Shown: positions 26,301-37,103 of the stretch, in pieces
Layout: the number at the start of each line of letters is the position of its first letter
Position numbering within the stretch: the first letter of the stretch is position 1
Assembly: GCF_032062105.1 (NCBI RefSeq)
Contig: NW_026935558.1
Location: forward strand, 1 to 64,000
Source: Saccostrea cucullata
Lineage: Eukaryota
Length of the DNA: 64,000 nt
Direction: 5' to 3'
Program-made: the position numbers and the translations under genes
The notes under the pieces: model-generated
The model's input: the letters and a program-made list of their open reading frames with translations, nothing else
The model's database searches: none
Told to the model about the DNA's origin: nothing

Positions 26301-29300
26301 CGTAATGTCGATGAAAATGAGGAAGTTACCGTGAAAGCTTCAACAACAGCATTTTATGTGACTGATGTGACTTTCAAGTCTTTGCATGGGCTGCAAGTGA
26401 AGGAGTTCCTAGACGATTTCCCTCAGGACAGCAGGTAATGAGGACTTGCTAATAATTTTTCAAAATATTCTTAATTTAAGGGCTGCATTTCATTTCCGGA
26501 ATTTTCATTTTCGACATTTTTTAATTTTCATTTCCAACATTGTTTTGTTTTCATTTCAAACATTTTCAAATGCATACACATAGAACTTTTATTGAAAGAT
26601 CTGAATACTTTACTTTTGAAAATTTTAAAGAAAAAATAAATAAATTTTTGAAATCAATAATCTGACTTAATTAATCTATCAATGACTTGGACATAAGTGT
26701 GGTGTTGTCACTAACATTTAATTTAGTGGACTTTGTGGTCATTGAATTCTTTTATCTATACTTGCTAGATGTATGCATATATGTGTATATTTGTTTGTAA
26801 TAAATCCTTTTAAAATTCCATTTTCACTTACTTAGGAAACATTGAATTGCTGTGTAGACAAATGCGGGGAATGAAAACAAAATTGTGCCGGAAATAATAA
26901 CAAAAAAAATTGGAAATAAAATAAAAAAATGTCGGATATGCTATGTATATTTCCGAAAATAAAATGCAGTGTAATTTAAGATTATAGTGCCATCAGATGT
27001 TCATAGACAAAATATCACTTTTTAATAATTTAATTGTATATAACATATAAGAAAAGTTCTCAGAGCTTCAGTGTGTTCAGTGTGACAAGATTTACTGTAT
27101 GTACTTGGTGGAGGAAACACTTGCTTTCAGAATCAAAATATCATGAATTGTATATACAGGATTTTTAATCTGAATGTTGTTTCTAATTACTAGGTGAAAT
27201 GACAGCCCGAAAGATGAGGAAGAAGAGTGATTATCAACACCTTCGTTCCTTCAAAGAAGAAGTTGAGGTAATATCTATTTTCTTTTAATTGTACATAAAT
27301 GCGTGAGACAGTAATGTCCATGCTTGACAGTATTGTCCATGCTTGTCTTTGGTCACATTTTTAGCTTTAGCTTTTAGCAAACTTGGATTGGATGGATATT
27401 TTTTTTCTTGAATAACTCAACAGGTTAAGTACGGGTTAAAACCCAGTGTTTCTTAAGTGGAACAAAACGCTATATTATTCATAAGGACATTGAATAAACA
27501 ATTTTATTATATGACTGAATAATTTCCATCTCTATGATTGGCTGAGATCCAACTATGTTAGAAAAATACTACGTTGTATTGACCTGCACGTGACGCTCCA
27601 GGTCAATACAAGGATTTATTTCATCTACATTGATCCAGAAATAGATTGGGAAATTCCAAATTGATATAAATTGTTTTGGAAAGCTATTTAAATGACTATT
27701 ATTTTTTTTCATGTGAACAAAACATAAAGTATTTTAGGGTGTGGGTGGTAAGAGGGGATGCCGGGACCCCCTCCAATACTTTTACTGAACAACAATTCTT
27801 TTTTTACTTTTTGGCAGTCAGTTTTCCCTGATAATGCTCATTCCTTTCAAAATTTATCCTATAAAAAAGACTGACATTATATATTTTTTTTCATGGCAAC
27901 TAAACTTGATTTAAAAAAGAAAAAACATTTCAAATTGATACGACTGCCGACTGGTAAGGTTTATTCACATTTTAATTCTGCTTCTCTTTTGTATTTGGCT
28001 AGGACTTAATAAAATGCAGACAAGTAATGAGCTTTATCATTTTATCACTGAATCATATAATAAAACAATTATTGCTGTTTTTTCGGTCAATACAATGATT
28101 TAGCCATCTTCGAAGTACAATATTCACCTCGCCCTTCGGGCTCGGTGAATATTGTACTCCTCAGATGGCTAAATCACTGTATTGACCTAAAAAAACAGCA
28201 ATAATTGTATAATATTTAAATCTGATAAAAAAAAGATCAGGAGAGGAATGCAATCAATGTTATTTAAATTTGGATATAGCTGCAAAGCTGTTTCATTTCA
28301 AATGTTTTAAAAATGTTATAAATAAAAGTGGTTTTGATAATTAGATTTAATTCTTTTCCATATGTGTATCATGTTAGGAGGTTTTTCTTATCAATGTAAT
28401 TTAATTAAATTTGGTCTTTGATTTTAGGTTTTGAGGAACCTTCATCCTGAGGCGGATCTCATTAAGGATGATGAGATGCTGAATTCTGGTCTTAGAGAAT
28501 GGAGACGGGAAGCTGAATTGGCACTAAACATCAATGAAGTAATGAAATGTACTTGACATCTATATATAGATTTCTATCTCAACCTCTCTAATGTGTTTGT
28601 AAACAGGGATAAGATCGTTTTAAAACTATAATGATTGGACTGTATTTGTCAATTTTTAAGAATAAAATTTATATGAACGGTATCTTTGCTACATTTTCTT
28701 ATCAAAGTTTGGCTGTAGTCTGTCTGTATGTCTGCCTAAATCTGTCTGTCTGTAAGCATTCTTTTAACTTCAAAACTACTAGGCCATTGTCTAACAAATT
28801 TGTCACAAATGTTTTTTTTTTTTTGTTCACAGATATATTTACATAAAAAGATTATCAGTAAAATTACAAAATCTAAACTTTGATATGATTAACAGTTTAA
28901 CCAATTAAACTTTTTGTGGTTAACAGATTAGCAATTCTGCATTCAATTATCATCTCTAAAAAAAAAAAAGATTTACATTTGGTTAAATGATGACTTGACA
29001 GGGGTTAATTTTTCAATCATAGCTACTTGGCTTTGGTTAACACTGAGCAATATGACCCATAGGTCTCTCTTCATTTACAGGGTCATCTGGGTGGTCTAAT
29101 GAAGGAGGCATTGAGTGTTGCTTGCCTCAGCAAGAGGTGTTTCCTGTGGGCCATGTCCATTATGGAGGCGTATAAGGAGTGGAAGCTTAAACGACAGACC
29201 AACAACAAGGTGAACAGGATGCTGTTTGTTCAGCTTCCTGGGATGAAGAATGAAGAGGTCCTCTTCAATCTACTTCGTCAATTCAGGGGCGGGGAACTCA

Positions 29301-31809
29301 CCAAGAACGAATTCAATGAGAAGATGAAAGAGCAAAAGGTATTTTATGATTTGCTTATTCTAAAACAATGAAATACTTTATTTCTTATTATAAAATTATT
29401 TATTGAAACATTGCAAAACTATATACAAATTTAAATATTATTACATGCACAAATAATATACTGTGATTGGGGCATGAGTAATAAGGTACTTTGAAAAAAA
29501 AAAATTGTCAATAATAAAATAAAATTATATTTCATTTAATGATTTGTTATTTCATTTACAGTCTTTGGCTGTTCCAAGCAACAAAAGGCGACCAACCAAG
29601 GTAAGAGAAAATGTTTCATGAGTGAAATCCTTTCCACATTAATCATTCATATCTTCATGTTTTAAAATTGAGAACTTTCAACACATCTTTGATTTTTGCA
29701 AGACAGAACACAAAATTATGTTTTTACCTCACCTGAGATAGGTTTAAGAACATTACTGATGAAATTGAAATTTATTTTATAGTAGGATATGAAACAAAAG
29801 AGTTTCGAAGTTTTACACAAGAAAATCTTAAATCATCTCCTCACTTGTATAACCATAAGACAGAAGAGATTTAACTTACAGATAGTTTAGCTTTCAGATA
29901 GTTTTGAAGATTCTAAAATGGGAAAAGTGGGAATTATGTTGGGTCATTGGCATCGATCTCTATGTATAGAAAGATATAAATATAATATTAATACACTTTG
30001 CATATAAAATACATTTTGTTTTAGCCTAGGTCAGTTTTTTCAGATTTTAATTGAACATTTTAGGGCGATCCTGGGCCTCTTAAAAAGAAAATAGCAGACC
30101 TTGAGAGCAGGAATTCCATGCTGCAGAAACAAGTCATCGACTTAAAGAAGAAACTCATGGTAAGATTTTAAAAAACTAAGCAAGACAGTTTAAATAGGTT
30201 TACTGTAGGATTTTTTAACTATAAATACTGAGGACTAACTGATGGTAAACAAAACATTCCATATTTATCAACTGAATAAAGTGTTTTATATACTCTGTAA
30301 TTCAAACACAGTAATAGAATATTTTTTATTGTATCATTAATGAATGTCAACTTATTAGAAAAATATTAACATGCTTGATTTATTCCAGGAAACAACAAAG
30401 ACAGATGCTGTTGATGTTTATGTAAGTTCCTTCATTCCCTCTTAAAATCATGCTTATTGTTACTTTTTTTTGTTAACTGAAACCATAACATTTAATTTTG
30501 ATAATTGTCATTTAAAGAAATGAATATCTAAATGAAAGATTCTTGTTTTCATATTTTGTGTTCTACTGAACTATTGCATTCTGGATTAAAGAAATGTTAT
30601 GAATATGATATTAATTATTGTGTACTGAAAAACATCTTTTTTGCTCATTGTATTCAATCATTTTTACATTTAATTTCTATAGGCCTTTGAAAGTGATGAT
30701 GCAAGTGATGACATAGAGGTTGCTGCTGTACTGCCTCCTTTGCAAGAAAACAGAGTAAGTTTAATGAGATTTATACCTTAAATTTTAAATATGGCCAAAG
30801 ATAGTTAAGACTTTACCTGTAAAAGTCTGCCCATTGAATTGAATTTACAGTGGAAACCAGCATTTCCCACATTTAAAATAGACTAATGTAGATTCAAGTG
30901 TGTACCCCTTTGTGGTAGGAACACAATAGAGATTAAAGTTATACACTTATCAAGAATTGCAGCATTATTATTTATACAGCTCCTTGTAGGAATTTATTCT
31001 TTGGCAATTGAAATACAATTTACTTTTTTATTTTAGGAGGAATCCAGCTCTGAAGGAGATTCAGATGACAGCCTCTCCGTGTTGATACCAACTATCAACT
31101 ACATGAGGTATGCATAAGTTATATTAACTTTATTAGGCCTGGATCGATAGATCCGGGGCGTATATTTTGTCCTGTCTATTTTTCTGTCTGTTTTCAACTT
31201 ATAACCTCCACCTTAACTTTTGAACCATGAGAGATAAGAGATTTCCTATTTGGTATGCATACTCCACTAATTAGGTTCTTTAAAATAACACCAAGGGCAA
31301 TGACCTTGCGATATTGACTGACCTACATGTTAAAAATAGCTTTTTCAAACTAAATATGCCATAACTTTTGAACTCCTATTTTACCCATTCAAGTGACTGT
31401 TACTAAATGCTAAAAGTAGTCTTTTTTGCTACACATCTTTTAATTATAATGAGTCTCTTTTTTTATACAGAATATATTGACAATCAATATTAATTGAACT
31501 TTTTTGTTTTATCTTAGGACGCCTGCTCTAGTGACCAGTAATGCTGTAAGTTATCCTTTCTTTTTGACGCATTTTGTTCCAGATTTAAACACTCCTGCTA
31601 TGATTGAAAGAATTATAATGATATGCCTAATATAAAAGAGATTCAACTAATAATGTAGGTTTAATTCACAATTTTTTTTATGAAGGTATAGAATATGTCT
31701 AAAATCCTAATCGTCTTTTATGTTAAGGGGGACTTAACTTTCTTAATCATGTTTTCATATTGACAAAGTATTCTTTTTATTTACAGAAGGATGACCACAC
31801 TGTGATAGG

Positions 31810-31846
<37 letters not shown>

Positions 31847-33778
31847 GGCGCAGAGTCTAATGAGGTTAATATATACCTTATTTGATATTAGAGAAATAAG
31901 CAGTAAATTCCTTAGAAAATGATTTGTACTGCATGATTATACTTAGAATATGGCATGGTTATACATGTATCTAACTTTTCTTATCAGGAAGCTCTTCTAC
32001 AGACATTCGTAGACTTAGAAGAAGACACCACAACAGAGGTATATTTTTTATGAATTTAAAGAAACAAATGCTCTTGCTTCATGACGAGATTATACATTAA
32101 ACAGGACTTGTTAAATGTCAAAAGTGATCAAATTCAACTAAAATGAAAAGTTCAATGTACCTTGAAAATTCGATCTACTGTGTATGAAATAAAAAACATT
32201 TGGTTTTTTGGTTTACATGCCGATGAACATGTCTTTCAATTTATTTTTTTTTTATTTTCAACTTGGCCTTAAAACAGAAATTTTCCTTTGTTCCTTTAAA
32301 CAGAAATTTTTTATAGTGTTTCCATTAAATCGTCAATTAACATATGTTTATTAAATAACGTCTAATCAAATACCTTTCTTTTCAGTTTTCAGAGCTTAAA
32401 GCTGGGGACCTTGTCCTTGCAAAAGATGAAGATGAATGGTACGTAAACAATTCAGATCAAATATCTTTTGGATGAATGCTTTTTTAATAGGTGTACTGAT
32501 AAATATTGTTATATCATGATTAAAGGATTTTGAAAAAGCATTTTTATTTATTTAAGCAATTATTCAGTCTTTAAAAAATGTAAACAAGGGCAATAACTCC
32601 TCTGTTATCATTGAATATTTTCTACTAGTTTTTAATAGTATCCCTGATATTCAAAATACCAAAAAAGTACCCAAAAATAGCGAGTATTAAGAAGCTATCA
32701 GCACCAGAATTATGCATAAGAACCACTTTATGCCTAATTTTCATAATACTGTTAACAAAAAATGTGCATTTTTTTATGTTGACATTCTTCTGTTAATTTA
32801 TATCTACCATCTTAAATATTCATTTTTTGCAATAATTTGAAAATTTAAACTATGTTAAATGAAAATAATTTTTAACATTGAATGCTTAAAATTCTAAGGG
32901 TGGTAGACCTTAAAAGGTAATAAAATAATGAATGTTCCAATCTTTTATTTTTGATATTTTATATAGGTTCAAAGCCACTGTGATCGTGTGTGAGGCACAG
33001 AAGTACAAAGTCCACTACTTTGGTTATGGGGCCCATTTCGACAAATGGGTCTCAAAAGAAGAGGTCAAACTGTACTGTTTTGTAAGTATATTTTGAGTGT
33101 ATAATAAATGAATAACATTCTACATAAGTGTCGGATTCAAATTGATTGGGGGGGGGGGGCTAAAGAAACAAAGGAAGTTAAACCCCAATTTTCATTAATG
33201 TGATCTTTGCTGATGAAATAGTGCTCCCCCTCCCAGTTCCACCTATGTTCTAAGAAATTCCTAAAATATGTTTAATTGAACAAGATCAATTTATATTCTT
33301 CATCTTATCAAGGTAGAAGATGTAAGGGGTAAAATATGTTATATAAATTGCTTTAAATTAAATATGAAATATTTATTGTTCAATTTTTTTTCAGGCTGTT
33401 GGAGAGAAGCTAAAAGCACGGTGGGAGGATGGATTCTTCTACAAAGGGGAAGTCCAGAGTGTTAACGGAAGAGGTAATTTTTGTTAAAGTGTAATTATAA
33501 AATATTGTATTTGTGTGTATCTCCAAGTTTAATTCATAAAATCAGTGGTTAAAAGAATTGATATCCATAAATGCCACAGTAATACTGGGATTTTAAGTTG
33601 CTTTACAGAGTGCAAAAACTTCATCATTTGGCTTTGATTGTAAACCATATATTCTTGAAACTTGTTTTGTTCAAAACAATGAATACAGATATTATATTAT
33701 ATTTATCTGTTTTTAGAAGTAACCGTGCTGTTTGATGATGGTGATGTGGGGAAAGCAACATGTCTGAAGTTCTGCTGA
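26301..33778 (+). CDS. Multi-exon chromatin-reader-like protein: repeated helical module, coiled coil, acidic tract, tandem chromo-barrel/Tudor domains (5' end not located; apparent frameshift near 26420)
   Basis: GT-AG exons 26301-26434, 27194-27267, 28428-28538, 29081-29338, 29562-29600, 30064-30159, 30389-30421, 30683-30754, 31037-31107, 31518-31545, 31787-31864, 31988-32038, 32386-32438, 32967-33081, 33395-33473, 33717-33778. From exon 2 on all phases match. C-terminus: LKAGDLVLAKDEDEWFKATVIVCEAQKYKVHYFGYGAHFDKWVSKEEV-KLYC-FAVGEKLKARWEDGFFYKGEVQSVNGREVTVLFDDGD. Confidence 0.8.
27505..28213. mobile_element. Non-autonomous element with long terminal hairpin (Crypton-like)
   Basis: ~144-bp near-perfect palindrome 28065-28208 centred on CACCTCGCCCTTCGGGCTCGGTG; TTTTATTATATGA at the left end is inverted relative to TCATATAATAAAA before the hairpin; TGATTGGCTGAG near the left end. 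Confidence 0.55.
31130..31372 (+). mobile_element. pearl/CvA-like HINE fragment in an intron
   Basis: CCTGGATCGATAGATCCGGGG hairpin, (CTGT)n, then repeated TAACTTTTGAAC unit. Confidence 0.55.
31811..31843 (+). repeat. (GAT)11 coding microsatellite (poly-Asp)
   Basis: In frame within exon 31787-31864. Confidence 0.9.
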
Positions 33779-35580
33779 GGTAAGAAAAATTGTAGAGGGA
33801 AAAGTTATTTAAAAGAAATTTCGATCTTTTCTTATATATTATTTATAAATAAAGGAGACTGGGGTTTGAAAAATTAACCACATGCACTGTCAATTGGCAA
33901 AATGTTCCTATATTTTGGTTTGAAATTTAAACATTTTTGTAAATTTTTATATGAAGCTAGTCTTCTTCTAAAGGAGATCAAAAAAGTATTAAAAAAGGTT
34001 GCTACCACCAGCCCCTTTAACCATGCATCAGATGAAAAAAAATTCCATATATATTTTCATTGTGCTTATTTGAATTAGGAAAATGGTATTTTTTCTTTAA
34101 TTTATCTTATCTAAGCTAGAAAATTTGCATTTGCAACTGAATTCAAAGTACATAATTATATTTTTTTCCCTGGGCTATTGTCAATGAAGTGAACTTGATG
34201 GTTTATAAACCTTAGCTTTTTAGGTGTTGAAAGATTATCATACTATCAGCATTAATTTCCTTTTCTTTTTTTTTTAGCATCATCGCTGTTTTCCTCAGTC
34301 ATCCCATGGCCATTTCATCATGTTTAAAGCAAAATAACAAGAAATACTTAAAGTTGTCTTTATATTGTTATGTAAATATAAATGATATCTGTTACTGTAC
34401 AATAAATATTTATGCTTCTTTATTTTGTTGTTTTCATTTTTAGAGCTTAGTCTTTGGTGAAAAGAGCACTGAGGTACTCTGTATGCAATCGTAATTTTAT
34501 TGACATTCAAAAAAATTAATACAGCTTATGTACACGCCTTATCCATTAGTGTCACCGTAGCCTGTGAGGCTGTGTGTGAGTTGGGGGGAGGGGTCTTAAA
34601 ACTTCTTATATCGTATATTTAGTGATTGAGCTGGTGATAACAGCAGACTTTATTAGGTTTTAATGAAAATTCAGAGTAGAGTAAGCATACTTATTCACAA
34701 AGGGCATATCCATTTGGCAAGACACTGCCCTCCATAGATCATATTGATCGGGATCGTAATTCCTCTAATTGTAACACCAAAATGGACGTACGAAAAGCAA
34801 ATCATTGGTTCAAAGTGAGAAATCAGCTTGAAAAGTATGGATTAGTTCAGGTTAAATCAGTGTTATTAGACGAGAGACTTAAACTTGTTCAATACACTTA
34901 TAAATATGTATAAAAGTACTGGCTGCATTACTTGTAATGGAATATTTGAACAATTGACAGGAAGGGTCACTGGCACTGGAAGTAAATGTAAAGTATGCAA
35001 TTATGTAAAAAAAAAAAAAAGACTTTATACATGCGCATACTATATATTTACATTCAGTTTTAGTGCCTGTGGACAGGGTAAACACATTATTCAGTTGCCA
35101 TTTTGCTAGAAGTGAAATGCATTTTAGTATTTAATATGATTCTGAAAAATAGCAAGAGAGAACACTTTGAAGAACTGAATGTTTGTAAAAAATGTTTCGC
35201 CCTGCTCCACCAAATATTCGGAATATTTATAAATCAACAGGACAAAACTTGGTTTATTATGTCTCGACCATTTTTACCATAACAAAACTTGACCTATATA
35301 TTCATATGATAGATATAACAAATTTCATTTCAATGTTTACAACCACTGCAAAGAAAATGAATGGCAACTGATGGTGGACAGACAATCATCAATAGCAAGA
35401 CAATATGCCTTATTGGGGGGTAAAAAACAAAAAATGGTAATGAAAAAAAAATATACTTTGAGAATACTACATGTATACTACATGTTACATTCTTCGGCAC
35501 TAGAAATAAAACACAACTCTTAACAGTGCTTAAGGTTACTTATTGTGTTAATTTCAGATTTGTTATATATTTAATAGGCT

Positions 35581-35932
35581 GGTGGGATAATTTCTCCCAT
35601 CACATGCCAAAAATATGGGATAAATCCTATATGGACATCAATTAGTGGGATATTTTGTCCCGTGGGAGAAATAATCCCATTTTATCAAAAATCATGGGAT
35701 TTTTTTTCCCATGTGGGAGAAATTATCCCACAGTACTTTTTCTCCCATGGGATTTTGGTGGGATTTTTGGTGGGATGAAAAATCCCGCCATTCTCCCGTG
35801 GGATTTTAGGTTTTGACTGAGGTTTCTGAGAAAACTACTACAATGTGTAAGTTGAGATTGACATGATGAGGTCAGAATAAAAAATCCCACCAAAATATAG
35901 AAAAAAATCTAATGTAGGTCTTTTCGAAAGGG
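35581..35932. mobile_element. Putative right terminus of a CCC...GGG-ended (CMC/EnSpm-like) DNA transposon with subterminal repeats
   Basis: About 20 GGGA/TCCC motifs in both orientations, ending CTTTTCGAAAGGG followed by TA. Confidence 0.55.
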
Positions 35933-35934
35933 TA

Positions 35935-35980
35935 CCTAAAAGTCCGGACTTTGTCGTGTCCGGACTTAAATGTCGCAGTG
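35935..35980. mobile_element. Putative right terminus of a CACTG-type CACTA element
   Basis: Two GTCCGGACTT palindromic motifs, then TGTCGCAGTG (reverse complement starts CACTG). Confidence 0.45.
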
Positions 35981-36101
35981 TTATATATGTTCTCTCAACA
36001 TTATCATTACAAGAAAAAAACTGATAGAACCTTGATTTATGTTTAACACTTTAAATTATAACTTATTTAAACTTGAAAGTTTAAAACGCTCTTTTTAATA
36101 G

Positions 36102-36290
36102 GCAGCAGTTGACCATGAATTATATATCATTAGTGCGTACAGTGGATGGCCGGGATGTACCCACGACGCTAGGGTTTCGAGAAATTCACATCTTTATCAT
36201 AAAGCAGAGGCGGGAGAACTGTTTATCCAAGGGCACCATCTTCTAGCCGACAATGCGTACCCACTAAGGAACTGGCTGATTTCACCATTT
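36102..36290 (+). pseudogene. PIF/Harbinger (HARBI1-like) transposase exon, truncated
   Basis: After a TTTTTAATAG acceptor: AAVDHELYIISAYSGWPGCTHDARVSRNSHLY...HLLADNAYPLRNWLISPF; cut at 36291 by a HINE end (AACAAGAGGCCCACGGGCC). Confidence 0.9.
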
Positions 36291-37103
36291 AACAAGAGGC
36301 CCACGGGCCTTATAGGTCACCTGAGTATCATGTAACAACTTTCCAGTGATTGTATTTGGTTCGTGTTTTAATCCAATGTTTAAAACCACTGATCTCAAAA
36401 CAATTGTACACATCGCTCATGTAAGGCAATATAGCTATACATGTTAACAGATCAATTTTTCATAAATTGATAATAAATTTCAACAATGTAATGTAAAATT
36501 AAAAAATCACTGGGGAAACTTTCCAGTTTCTGAAAGTGAATCCTTTAATATAAAAAAAAAATCTTGCACACATGTTGCAGAACTTGCATAATTAAATAGC
36601 TCTGTTTGCATAGTTCCACATAATCAATTTTTTTTTGCTCTTAATGTCCATCTCAATTAAACTGATAAGTTTATCAAATCTTTCCATTTTTTCTGTATGC
36701 ATTTTAGTGAAATCTTAATGAAGTTTTTTCTAATAAACTCGCAAATTCCTCTTCATCTCTCCTTCGTTTTCTTGGTTTACTTTTTTCTGCTTTTCTTGCT
36801 GTTGAATCAGACTCTGTGCCTTGACTTTCTGTTGAATCAGACTCTGTGCTTTGACTTTCTTTTTTATCTGTATCTATTACATACGCTGGTTTACTGACAC
36901 TTTGTACCATAATGCTCATCAAACACTCTTTTGTGAACAAATTGTTTTGCAGCAGAACCAGTTGGGCTGTCAATGATCTCTTTCCACTTTTTTTTAATGC
37001 ATTGTACTTATACAGTGCCTGAGTGGTGGAAACTGATACATTTAAAATTTTCTGCCAGAGGGAAAGATGATTTCTAGTTGTTGTAAATGACTTGTCCATT
37101 TCG

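Noticed and set aside
32386-33778. PHF20/MRG15/53BP1 orthologue
   Set aside because: Only the barrel motifs resemble them; domain order and the rest of the protein do not, so no gene symbol is assigned.
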